From positions 252,247 through 316,246 of the forward strand of contig MU008187.1 of NCBI GenBank assembly GCA_010909165.1: a DNA stretch of 64,000 bases. Reading direction: 5' to 3'. The first letter of the stretch is position 1. The number at the start of each line of letters is the position of its first letter. A model generated the notes under the pieces. The model made no database searches. It was not told the origin of the DNA and saw only the letters and a program-made list of their open reading frames with translations. Shown here piece by piece: positions 11,134 through 23,421 of the stretch. Source of the DNA: Anthoceros angustus. Lineage: Eukaryota; Plantae; Anthocerotophyta. The position numbers and the translations under genes are program-made.

Positions 11134-12944
11134 ATGGGGGGATCCTTGTGGCCGAGCTTGGTGCCTGCTCACGGTGCCAGGTTACGTCCCTGCCTGGGCT
11201 GGAGGGGCTGTTGCGCTGTGCCGGTGTGTCATGCCGGTGTGGGAGAAGAGTGTAAGGATGTGTTTCAACGTCACCCGTTTGTGCGTCTGGTGGAGCTTCC
11301 GACGCCCACTTCCTTGAAATCCATATCCGCCTTTGAGGTTCTGTTCTCACCACTTGCTTGTGCTGTTTATGACTGTTGACATGAGTGGATCTTGGGGAAG
11401 GATGTGCTCATGGTTGCTGTTTGTGACGGATTTTGCTAGCTAGCAGGACGAACCATCTTCCAAGATGGGTTCGTACACGGGGTGGTACGGCCAGATCTGC
11501 CACTCAAGCCTTCTTGGAGCCAGTTTCTGCGGGTATTGGGTTTCAGGGGAAAGTTTGGAGAGCTTACCCGCACTGAAATGGAAAGCACGTTAGCCTCAGC
11601 CACGGATACGAGCTTTGGTCAGAGTCAGTGGCAAGTTAGGACAGTGGCAGCCCATACTGCATCTATGCCAGAGTTGTGCAATCGGATGGTGGAAGTTGCC
11701 GGAGCAATTGAGGAGGAGGGTGGAGGAGGCTCTCTGCTGCTGCTGACTGGCGGTATGTTTCTAGCATGTAGCAACCATAATCCATGCTTCACAAAGTGCA
11801 AGGTTTGCAGGCCCTGACCGTGTGCTGGGTGCTGCAGAACATTCTTTTAGGAGATGGCCTGGTGTCAACAAGTTGCTGCCTGGGAATGCCTTCGCTCTTC
11901 TGAAGGCGGCCAGAGATCTTCGGCGGGCCGGTCACCTGGCACCAGGTATTCGGCTACACCATGATGAATGGTTTTGTTTTGTTCTTCATGTATTTTTCTC
12001 GCTTGGCCTCCATTCTCAGCTGACATGCTCTTCAGCTCAACCTGGAAGGCGTTCAGCTGTGGGCTGTGGAAAATCCTCTCACCAATCCAGTGGGTCGCAT
12101 GGAACAGAAGGTATTGCAAATGGTTGTCGCATTGCTCCCTCACCAGACATTGTCACGGTTGTCCGTTTCGTCCATGCAATGAAAAGGCTTGGTTGGCTAT
12201 CTGATGCTTCCACGCTTCCTGAGCATCTCGGTCTCAACAAGGTTCCAATTTCATGTATAAACAGATTGCAGCAGGAGCAGAGGCAATCATTCTACAACCG
12301 CCCCTGCTTCCCGATCGGTTCCAGGACTGGTGGGCTGCAGCTGATGCGAAGGGGTAACCATTCCTTATCTCGAGCTATTTATCCAGTATCCTGAGCCACT
12401 TGATGCGCATATGCATGCCAAAGAAACGCTATCGTACCAATTGTGAACATCCTTTGTTGCCAGGCTGCTGAAAAGCGCTCATGTCATTGTTGGGCTGCCT
12501 GTGATATCTTCAGCCAAGAATCTTGCCTTCTGGCTTCAGCTTACTCGAGCGGCAGGTCACATCTCTTTCAGGCAGTTTCTTGCTAGTTTGACGTCTTCCC
12601 AGTCCGTTCACTGAAGCGGGACATGCTCGTGCTTCCACACCACAGGTAAAGAGGCCGAGAGTGTGATAGCTAACTTTCTAGAAGCCGAAAGGACCCTGGA
12701 TAGAGCACAGTTGGACCTGTTTTACGAGAGCTGGAACTGCAAGCTGATCCAACTGATCAAGAGTCTGCCTGGTAAAAAGTGCATGCCTGCAACCCAACTT
12801 CGATTCTGTCCACTCATTCTGTACCCTCACTCCGCGCGTTCCCCATGTTGACACTATGCAGATGTAGCAGGGATGCACGTAATGCCCGTCACCCCGCGTG
12901 GTTGGAGGCAGTTTGCTGCACTGATCTCATCCGGAAAGATCTGA
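11134..12944 (+). CDS. MetF/MTHFR-like FAD-linked oxidoreductase (single catalytic TIM-barrel, multi-exon)
   Basis: Spliced reading gives LVELPTP, LLLLTGG, QLWAVENPL...RMEQKIAAGAEAIILQPPL, VIVGLPVI and VAGMHVMPV. These parallel MetF motifs (EFFPP, LALRGD, KIDAGADFIITQ, IIPGIMPI, GLHFYTLN). One internal splice junction is uncertain. Confidence 0.7.
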
Positions 12945-14616
12945 AGGAAGCAAGCAACGTGAGTCCCCTCAAGTCAAAAGCAGAGATGCAGTAGAAGACT
13001 TGGCTTGCGGATTAGTTACCCTGGCCCTGGATTGCAGGCATGATCGCAAGCGGGGTGGTGCAAGGTGCAAGGTGCAAGTACCTACATGCACTGGTCGTGA
13101 TCCTGCACTTTTGGGAGGACCCGAGTGGGTTTTGTAGTATTCCGCGCATGCGGCCCATGGGGTGCCTGCTTGATACCGGCATCACCTGCATTGCTTGCCG
13201 TAGCCTGTACTTGCAAGGGTTTCTGTGGCCTTGCCACCCTTGTCGGGCTCGGAAGGATGTGCACATGGACAGGGGAGAGTGTGTGGCAGCCTGCAGGGCA
13301 TGCCTGTAAGCATGCCCTGTAATTTCCGTGAAGGACATCTCGGGGCCTGGATCCCTTTACAGAACGCCACAGCTGGGTCTCCCGGGCATGTACAGAATTG
13401 CATTGACTTGAGAGGAGGGGGTGTGGCTGGATTGTTGTTTGCTGCTCACTCAGATGCAAGAGCGTGTCCGCAGCACAAGCCGCGGTGGATGAATGATGGA
13501 TCCGGCTTGATGACCACCGTGCCTCGCCCTAACCGTGGGCCACGTGCGGATGCTATGCGTCGCATCGAGCAGCAAAGCGCTGGTTAAAGCAAACCAGCAA
13601 GCTGCCGATTTGATTACTGGGCTAATCGGCTCCGCCAGCTTTTGGGCGACAGGGTGATGGGAATCATGTGCTCTGGCCCGGCCTTTCCCCATCACCAAAG
13701 GCAGTGAAGCTTCTCCATTCCTTCCCCCATTTACTCCCCCCTGCAACTCTGCACCTCCTTCCCTTGGCATCTCTTTACACCGCAACGATGAGAGCATACG
13801 AGACGCCTCCCGGTTCAGCCATTTCACGTATTTCTCGACGCCTGTGTGCTCGAGGCATGCGTACTGCGCCCCAGGCCATTAATTCCCCGAGCATGGCAGC
13901 CCGCTGGTGTACATACATACGCGCAAAGACGCGATGTGAGCTGGAGAGTCGACCGACAGAATGATGGCCTCCCAGCATTCAACATACCCACCCATCACAT
14001 TACATGCGTATGCATGCGCGCTCCTGCAGCTCCTCCACTCCCCACGCCTGGTTGACCTCACCCCTTCCGCTCTTCCCCTCTCCCGCCTCTCTCCTTCCTG
14101 CTCTTCCTCTCTTCCCGCGCGTCATTTGTCATTTTAGGGTTTCGTCCGGTAAAACGGTGGTCGAACGCCGGTCGCCCCGGTCACCGCGATTGCCGTTGGG
14201 ATGCCTCCTGTTTATTCCCAGATCCCGATGATTCGTTTGAGACGTGAAGCGACAGGAGGGCCGGAGGGCCGGAGGGCCGAGGGCCGAGAGGGCCGAGGGC
14301 GATCCCGCCATTCGCGTAACTGTGTAAACTTGTTATTTGACATTGCGCGGGATTCCAGGCCTTTAGCGCCGATATCAAATCTCTCGGGATGCGTGCCCAG
14401 GCTTCCCAGCGTCTCATTAGGTTGTTAGGTTCACCCATCTTGTCCGCCGATTTATGGCTTCGATACGGTTCTCTCTGCTGGATACAATTCGTCGCGCTAT
14501 CAGCATGTGCTACATGATTTACACGACAGGATTGAATGGCACCGGTTTAGCTCTCCATTGCAATCCTATGATATGTAAATGGGTTTTTCACATCCCTATG
14601 TGACTGACTGTGAAGT

Positions 14617-14880
14617 AGGGCTCCATGTTGAGGACAAGATTCGTGAGTTTGTCAACATTTCTTACATGTTGGGAAGAAGAATTCTACTGTACATTGAGGT
14701 ATTGAATGGTATGGATTGTGGAGTAGAGCGGCATCTGGAGGACGAGATTCATCAAGCTTATCAGCATCTCTTCCATGTTGAGAAGAAGAATTGTATTGCA
14801 TGTTAAGGGATTGAATGGTATGATATGGAGAGAAGAGGAACACAATGGGCTCCGTGTTGAGGACGAGAGTTGATGGGAGT
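14617..14880. repeat. Degenerate ~115-bp tandem repeat, probably TE-derived
   Basis: Recurrent blocks gggctcc(a/g)tgttgaggac(a/g)aga, catgttg(g/a)gaagaagaatt and attgaatggtatg. Confidence 0.6.
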
Positions 14881-16292
14881 CTGATAGAGTAACAACGTTG
14901 CGACGCGGTATGGCCTTCCGAAAAGATGGGGACAGCGGGGTCATGCATAAGGTTCCTGTACAGGAAGACGGCGTCCGCCACCGGCGGTCCGCCATGTCGA
15001 CCGCGCGGGGTCGCGTGGGTCGCCGGTGTCGGCTCGAACACAGCGACTGCTTGACCGCACCGGTAGTCGGCGCCTAATAAAAAGAGCTTTCTTGTCTCAA
15101 GTAGCGTCCGGATCAAACCGGGTTCCGACACCTGAGCGCCGACCAACGGTCGCAACGACACGGCACCGGCGTCCGGGGGCGCGTGGCGGTCACTGCAACG
15201 GAGACGGTGGGCATGACAACGGTGACGGTGTCGCTGTCTTCCCGTTCGCCAAAAAGCGCGAAAATGTGATGGCGGTGTGATCAGAGCCGTGGTTGATGTG
15301 GACCGGGTAAAGTGGCCATGTGCCCCAGATCCCCAGCTTTGCACATGGGAGCGGACGCGTCCCTCGAGCAGCTTCTCGGCCCCGCGGTGGCGTGCTGGGC
15401 TGGGCTACCCAGTACCTCCTGTCCCGGTCACCCCGCGCGTGAGTTTAAACCGGCTCGTGAGTTTACCCGGGCTCCCCATCCTAGAGAGAGAAGGCCGCGT
15501 TAATGGCGCAGTAAAAGCGCGGTCCCCTCGCTGCCGTGCAGGCAGGCGTGCAACCGTGCGGCCAACCGCACAGTGGGGAGGTGAGGTCAGCGGTTCGAGT
15601 TCACCGGAACTGCCCGCCGCCGACTTTCCTCCTCCTCATGTTTCATGTACCCAAACGCTAACTCTGGCCTCATCAAATTCGACATCCATTTTTGTGCTTC
15701 TCATCATCTCCTTGTGCACCCGAACTCGCAGCTCCTTCAACCACTGCTTTCAGCCAAGCCGGTGAACGTGCCGGCAACGCTGTTGCATGTTATTGGTAGC
15801 TTCGATCACTCGAGTTGTATCAATCCATTGTTTTGCAGGTGGGTGGCCTGGCCTGCCCTTCTCCAAGAGGCCTTAGCTTCATTTCATTTCACTTCGATTC
15901 AATTGATGTACATACTTCAGAACATGGTGTTAGCGATGATCCAAAGAGCAACTTACTTTCACATAGGGCCAGAGCTTCAAGTCCCACGGCCCGATCCAAC
16001 AAAAGGAGACATATTGATTAAGTGCCCAGATCGACCGCATTGTCTTGTAGCCAGGCCATGGTCGAGTTAATGCCGCCCAAATGCGCATGATGAGGCCCAT
16101 TTATGCCCTGCAACTGATTCCGGCTGAGCTGGCGCAAAGCCGTTGTGCCTCTCGTGACCGGTATGGCCGGTATCTCGGTTACAGGGAACCAGGGTCAGGG
16201 GCTTGGACACTTTTCAAGAGAAAAGCAGCACATGAAGGCGTTCACGAGGGAGAGGGGTACTGTTGACTTGCGACGTCAGCACGTCACCTTTT

Positions 16293-16575
16293 GAGACTGG
16301 ACGGGACGGGACGGGAAGGGAAGGGAAGGGAGGGAAGGGAAGGGAAGAGGCGGAACGGGACGGGACGGGACGGGACGAGGTGGGTCCGTGACCGTATCAT
16401 ACACGTTTGGCCTCGCGAAGTCGCCCGGGGACGCGGTCCCGTTCCGTTCATCGCTTTCGCATTTATTCCCATTCCCTTCCCATGGACGCATCGTCTGCGT
16501 TGTAGAGCCCGGCACGTCATCGGCCCATCCGGCACATGCCACATGCCACATGCCACATGCCACATGCCACATGCA
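16293..16575. repeat. Microsatellites (gacgg)n/(gaagg)n and (atgccac)n
   Basis: Read directly at 16293-16380 and ~16537-16575. Confidence 0.85.
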
Positions 16576-17055
16576 TGCCGGCCGCGGTTCGAACCCCAGG
16601 AGCGGGTTATGTGTAACCACTGGGCGGAATGAAGGTGGCGTGTGCCATGTCAACGGGATACGGCGCTCCCGTGAGGCATCATAACGGAGCCTGTCCCGCA
16701 TGGAAGGATGGAATCATGGAATGGATGGCCATCCAGGTCCCATCTGCCCATCCCCATCCCATGCCATGTCATCCCGTGCCATGCCACCGCATCATGCATG
16801 TCCATGCAGGACGTGATACGGCCGCTCCCTTCCACTTACCGCCACCCAAATGCCCCGCCATGCCGGCTTACCCAGATGGTGACGGGTTTAATAAACCCCG
16901 TGTGGGCGTGTGGGCTCCTTTCAGGCTTTCAGTGCGTGGCCCCACTTTAGACTTTGGGACGACTTATGCCAAGGTAGCTCGGTCCACTTTCCTTCAAGTA
17001 CTGGACTTACTGATAAATTATTAAATAAATAATTACACATTTTATTAAATAAATA

Positions 17056-17370
17056 GAGACGGGATGAACCCATCTACCATAAAACAAGTTGAGAATCCCT
17101 TGAGTCACAAAGAAACAGTACCTAGGCTCCATACATGAAAGAAGAGTAGCTATATTTCATACCCAAGCTATATGTCGCTATACATGTTTGGACCTAGTTT
17201 GTGTGGTGCATACCTAGAGTCATCTATGGCACTGATTTAATTATTCATGAATCCTTACACTTAGGATGATGTTCATGTATCAAGTTTTGTAGATATCTAT
17301 GTATAAGAAAACTACGTCTAATGTTGTGAGATGAGGAATCTTATGATGGTAAAAGGGTTCATCCTATTTC
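17056..17370. mobile_element. MITE-like element with ~20-bp imperfect TIRs
   Basis: Left ggatgaacccatctaccat versus right atggtaaaagggttcatcc, with an AT-rich non-coding interior. Confidence 0.55.
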
Positions 17371-17521
17371 CATAGTAAATGAGTATATCCTATTGCTTTG
17401 TTTTACATTCTCGGTAAGATGAGGGAATCCGAGAGTCCTTCGTTCGTGGCGGAGAATGTGCTCTCTGACATGGAATAGTTTAAGGCAAGAATCAAACATT
17501 CATTGTCGGCAGTTAGTATAG

Positions 17522-17935
17522 CATGTGCTCAGGAGAGTGGAGAAAGTAGATGAGATCCCTCTTGCAGTCCGGCCTTCTTCCGAGCGGCCCGGACTCCTTC
17601 TTACGAGGAGTCCGGCCTTCTTACCAGCAATGGTGTACGTGTGTACATGCCTGTGCCCGAGTTGTGGTCCTTTATTCCGGACTAGTCTTTGCAGCTAGTA
17701 GGTTTAGTAGTGACTAGTGGGTGCGCCATGTGCTCGAGAGTGGAGAAAGTAGATGAGATCCCTCTTGCAGTCCGGCCTTCTTCGGCGGCCCGGACTCCTT
17801 CTTCACGAGGAGTCCGGCCTTCTTACCGACAATGGTGTGTGTGTACATGCTGCGAGTTGTGGTCCTTTATTCCGGACTAGTCTTTGCAGCTAGTAGGTTT
17901 AGTAGTGACTAGTGGGTGCTGCCATGTGCTCCGAT
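17522..17935. repeat. Two-copy ~200-bp tandem duplication
   Basis: catgtgctc..gagagtggagaaagtagatgagatccctcttgcagtccggcc...gactagtggg occurs twice. The copies differ mostly by small indels, and catgtgctc marks the junctions. Confidence 0.9.
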
Positions 17936-18340
17936 AAATGAGATCCTTGTTGGGGTCCTTCCTCCGCTCCTTCCTTCCCCGCCAGGACTCTCTGTTACGC
18001 GAAGGTATGTTTGTCAATGTACAGGATGTACACGCATGCATTACTAGTGCGTGAAACGTCACACGAAAGGACTCCATCAAGCAGCCTAAACCTAGTACAG
18101 GTACGAAGAGGCCCACCAGCGATTGAGTGAAGTGGTCAGATCTTTTAGGTGTGATGTGCAGAAGTCCTGACAAGTGTCATAATAGTCTCGACACAAAGCG
18201 GAGTCACCAAGAATACGCGTCACTTCACTACAACTGGCACAGGCATAGATGCACAGATACAGAAGTGTAGATGCGATGCGATGGGATCCTCTCCGTATGC
18301 TTACACAGGAAAACTTGAAAAAATTGGCTTCGTACTCCTT

Positions 18341-18570
18341 TGCTCTGACGAGATGTAAGTTTGCTATGCTCTCTTCTGCTCTCCTCTGCTCTGACTAGAC
18401 GTAGGCTCGCTATGCTCTCTTCTGCTCCTTTGCTCTGACGAGATGTAAGCTTGCTATGCTCTCTTCTGCTCTCCTCTGCTCTGACTAGACGTAGGCTCGC
18501 TATGCTCTCTTCTGCTCTCCTCTGCTCTGACTAGACGTAGGCTTGCTATGCTCTCTTCTGCTCTGATTAA
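18341..18570. repeat. Minisatellite built on gctatgctctcttctgctc...gctctgac (~40-48 bp units)
   Basis: About six units read directly. Confidence 0.85.
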
Positions 18571-20633
18571 ATGTAAGCTTACTTTGCTCTCTTGTGCTCG
18601 ACGAAAGGTCATATTGACAAAGCAACTATGACTCATACTAAAGGAAGGTAACATTGACAAAGCTCTTGTTCCGTAATACGAAACGGAGTCGGAGATTAGA
18701 TATATGGGTAAGCATTGGCAGAGGGGGGGGATTGTGGGTTGTGGGTTGTGGAGGGGAGGCTTACATGTGTAGTTATGTGGATGTTACGGTGTTACGGTGT
18801 TACGGAGGACCATGATTTGTTTCCCAACAGAAGAGTCCAGCCGGCCGTGATGTGGTGCTAATCCAAAGTCAAATTGTGGTTACACCGGTGCTCGGAATTA
18901 AAGTCGGCCGTGCGGCGTTTCAATCCGAAGTTGGTCACACGATTTTCCCTCAGATCGTGAATGAGGTGAAGGCAGGCTTGCAGAGGCCTGCCCGTCCCTG
19001 CCTCTGGGCGCCGGCTGGCTGTGCGCCTCCTCTGCCATGTCCCAGCGCCTTCACGCTCCAATTACACCTCGGGACAGCTTGCAAGCACTGCCTCCCCCGT
19101 CGCTCTTGGATTGTGTTAAGGTCAATCCAGCTTGATTGACCTGAGCGACCTGAGCCCGCTCAGTCGGTGCGCACTGCACACTGCACACTGCACACTGCCC
19201 AGCTTTCCGCTGTCCTTTTCCCGGATGCATAAGCCTCAAGAGCTCCCCCTCAATGCCCAATGCCTTTATCAGCCCTCCTCCCCGGGCCTCATGAATCGCC
19301 CGCCTCGCTGCGCTTCTTCTATCCTATTCTGCCCTTCTCTCTATCTCTGTGCTGTGCGGTGCTGTGCTGTTCTCTTCTGTGCTGCTAGTGGTGGTGCCCG
19401 CGCACACGCACTTGTTGCAAACAAACCCAATTCCATCCCTCTCTCTATCCATCACCATCACCATCGGTAGGATCGGCTGATCATCCTCGACGGGGCCACC
19501 AGAGATTTGCACTCGGGTCCCAACCCAACCCAACCCAGCCCACCCAATACAACACAACCCAAGCCTTAGCCGAGACCAGAGCTTTCCTCACATCCGCTGT
19601 TACAGTAGCTACTTACACCTGTGGGTTGTGGGTTGATTGAAATCAGCCAGCAAAATGCAAGGCAGCTGCGAGCAGCGAGCTCGCATGCGCATAGATTGAC
19701 TTCCTTCACCCACAGTGTTAGCAAGGCTAAGCCCGGGCAGGGAGGGAGGAGTGCTGTACAGCCAGGTCTTTCTTACCTGTCTTGTCTGAAATTACCTCTG
19801 TACCACACACTCCGAGCCCAGGGCCAAGCCCGGGCCGGGCCGGGCCGGGGGCTGGCTGGGCTGGGCTGAGGGCTTTCCTTCTCTCTCCCTCCCCGCGCCT
19901 TTCCTTCTTCTTCCCCTCCTTCTTCCGCTGCCACTTCTTCTGCCTCTGCCGCCTTCTGCTCTCTCTGCTGTGCTGGGCTGTGCTCTGCTGTCGAAAACTT
20001 GTGCACCGCACAGGGCCCTGCATTCCTGCTTCCTGCCTACCTCCATCTGTCCACTCCTCAGAGTCCGTCCATCCTGGGGATCCCAGTTTTTCTTCTTCCT
20101 CTCCTGCATCCACCGAGCTCGGTTTTTACTCTCGCCTCTCTCACCCCGAGCCCCGGGAGCGGAGCTTTCCTCGAGCCTCAGGTCAACCCTTGCAAGCGAG
20201 TGCTACAAGGAGAGCCTTTATGAGCTCCGCTGGAAAGGAGAGAGGCGCATGGAGTATAAGAAGGCTCTAGGATCTCACCTTCCTCACCACAACAACCATT
20301 CCACAGCAGCAGTCAAACACTTGCAATTGCAAATGCAATCGCAATTTCTTGCCTGCTAGCCTTCCCTGCGCATGCGCAGGCCTCCCTCGCTCCCCCCCTC
20401 CATGACACACTTCACGCTCCTCCTCATTTCAATTGCGCATTGCCTTGCTCGGGCCCTGCAATCCGCACCTCCAGCTTCCCTTGTAGTGCGGTAGGAAACT
20501 CTCAGAGAGCGCCTCCGGGAACTCCATAGCTGTAGAGCGCCAGCTCGCTCTGCTGCTGTGCTGGTGTAGCCTGCTTGCAAAGCAAGCCCTCCAACTGGTT
20601 CGGAACAGCTCACAGCTGATTCGGAGGCTGAAG

Positions 20634-23421
20634 ATGGGGAGGACGCCCTGTTGCGATAAGGATCTGGGCCTTAAGAAGGGGCCATGGACCCCGGACGAGG
20701 ACCAGATTTTGGTCGACTACATCCGCCGGCATGGAACTCACGGCAGCTGGAGAGCGCTGCCCAAAAACGCTGGTAATTTCATCACCCTCCTCCTTGAATT
20801 CCTCACTGCCCACAAAACGCGCCTCCCCGGAGAGGCCTTCACTAGTGGTCGTCGTCGTCGTCGTCTGTGTCATTTTCCTCTCCAAGAGGAGGGCAGCTAG
20901 GCCAGCACTGTTTGTGGAGTTTCCGTATGAATTGTTATGATCTGCGTCCGCTGTGAGAGGGAAGAGCTGCCTCTGCCTTGAGCATTCTGTTTTGAATGGT
21001 GAGCAAATGTTGCTTGCAAGGAGTCCCTAGAGTTGCCCTCTTGCTTGGTCGATTGAGGCTTGCGCAACGATTTCTGCTGCATGGAGAACGGTTATGGTCG
21101 CCAGCCAATGGGGAAACTGCAGTCACTTGACAGTTGTTTATGCATAAATGTGAGCCAGGCTTGTTGAGATGCGGGAAGAGTTGCCGCCTGAGATGGACCA
21201 ATTACCTGCGGCCTGACATCAAGCGGGGGAACTTCTCGCTGGAGGAAGAGCAGCTCATCATCAGCCTGCACGCAGTGCTTGGCAACAGGTACTTCCAGAC
21301 TCCAGAAACTGTGAACACGGACTTTTCAGAGTGTGAGCCTCCAGGATCGTCTTCCTGAAGCAACACCGCTTGTGGGTCTCAAGAAGACGATCCCGGAGCG
21401 ACAGTTTGGAGGGATGTTGATGATCTTCTGAAGCTAACCTGGAGACGTTGATGTGGTTGATGTGTAGATGGTCTGCTATCGCTGCGCATTTGCCTGGACG
21501 CACAGACAACGAGATCAAGAATTTCTGGAACACCCACCTGAAGAAGCGCTTCAGCGGAGTGCCGTTCCACATCAGGAAGCCGACCTTCAGCGATCTGCTC
21601 AACGGGCCCAATCCGGTCGCAGCGTACCTCACCAGCAGCTACAACAACTGCCTGTCTCAGATGATTGCCAATGGCAGCATGTCGCAGCACTGGGATGAGG
21701 CCGCCCGGCTCTCTGGCCAGCTCCAGACACTTGCTTCCACTTCCTCCTTCAACGCGTTGCAGCACCAGGCCGTAGCGCATCCAGCTGCTGCTTCGAGCTC
21801 CTCCTCTGCTGTTTGCTTCAATCAGCCGTCTACGTTTGGTGCAGCTGTGAACAAGGCTTCTGGAGGGGGTGCGGATGCGGAGGGAGCCAGACAGAGAGCT
21901 TCCACTGCTTCCAGAGCCATTCTCAGGGCCCTGAAGAGCTGCGGGGACCACACCCCACATCAGCATGGCTTCCAGGCTCCGAGCTACTCAGACGGTTTGG
22001 GTGGTACAATTCCTGCAGTGGGCTCTCTTCTCGTGCCAGATCACGGCCATGGCCAGCAGGACAGTTTCCTTGGAAGACTGCACAACCTGGATGCTTCTGC
22101 TTCGCAGCAAGCTGCAGACGGCAGCATGTTCCACCACATGCAGGGAGGGAACCCAGGCTGGTTCAACTCCTCGGCTGGAGCGAACACAGCTTTCCTCAGA
22201 GCAATCAGATCACAGCAGATGAGCCAGATGAACCAGATGAACTGCACTGGCAGCGCAGGCATGGCAGCTTCCAGGGCGGATTATGGTAATAACTGTGGCA
22301 ACTTCCTGAGCGCCGGCTTCAAAGATCTGGATGACAACTGCAGCGCCGTGCTGTCGAGGAGCACCTTCGAAGTTCCGCAAGTTCCCAATCAGATGATAGG
22401 GCCTGTGGAAGGATATTTTGGATCAAACAGGCAGGCGGGCGGTACGAACTTCGGTGCCGAGGGACTCCAGAGTGAAGGGTCCGACGCTGATCGAGCCTTT
22501 CATCTTCAGAATCTACAGCAGAACAGCGGCGACGTCTTGCACATGGCACAGAACATGCATACCAGTGGAAGCTTGGACTTGTCCAAGCTGTGGCAGGAGT
22601 GGGATCAGTCATCGATGGGGGCCACTCCGATGGCTGTGAAGCGAGGGCAGGACCAGCCCATCTTTGTGTCAGGGCAGATGGTTCACAGCTCCTCTCCGGA
22701 CATGGCAGGAGCTGCCTCGGACTCCATGATATCTAACGGGAGCAGCAGCGCCACTTTCATGCACCAACAGGCAACGGATTTGATGTCAGGGCCTGTGAAG
22801 GTAGAGCAGGTGGACGGATCTTCCATCCGCTCCAGCCCAGCAAGCTCCTCCCTCAACTCCTCTCTCGGGTACAGTCCTTGCAGTTCTGGCGCTGTGGATT
22901 TTTTACCTCCACCGTCCACCATGGAATGTTTAACCACATCCGGGATGAGCTCTCTCTGCGCTCCATCGTCTATGGAGCACATGACTATGAAGAGCTCCGA
23001 GATGGAGGATGCGTTCAGGAGCACGTTTCTCGCAGCCCAGCAGACAACGTCCATCTCGGACATAATTGATGGCGGCTCCTGCGACGGCAACCTTATGGTG
23101 CAGCAATTTTCAGGCCTAGCCAGCCCTTCATGTGACCAGCTCTTCGGCTATTCTGGGCGGATGTCTGGCATCCCTGCCCCCGATGTGATGACCATGCAGA
23201 GCACCGGGGGTTCCACCATAAACGGCACCATCTCTAGCAGCTTGTCTACATATGACAGCCCCGGCAACGACGTCACATGGACAGGCAACGACATTCAGCT
23301 TGGTGGGGATCCTAGTGGCATGAGCTCTAGTTCTGGCATGACCTGCGCCAGCAGACAGACTTACTGGAGCGACATGCTCAATATCGTTGGGATGCCTTCT
23401 TCCTCCGCAGCTCAAAGCTGA
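20634..23421 (+). CDS. R2R3-MYB transcription factor with long low-complexity C-terminus (exons 20634-20772, 21159-21288, 21468-23421)
   Basis: [43 protein letters not shown] and [27 protein letters not shown], with the canonical 130-bp second exon. Confidence 0.95.

Noticed and set aside
14652-15344. 230-aa minus ORF
   Set aside because: Crosses degenerate tandem repeats and GC-rich DNA with no protein-like motifs.
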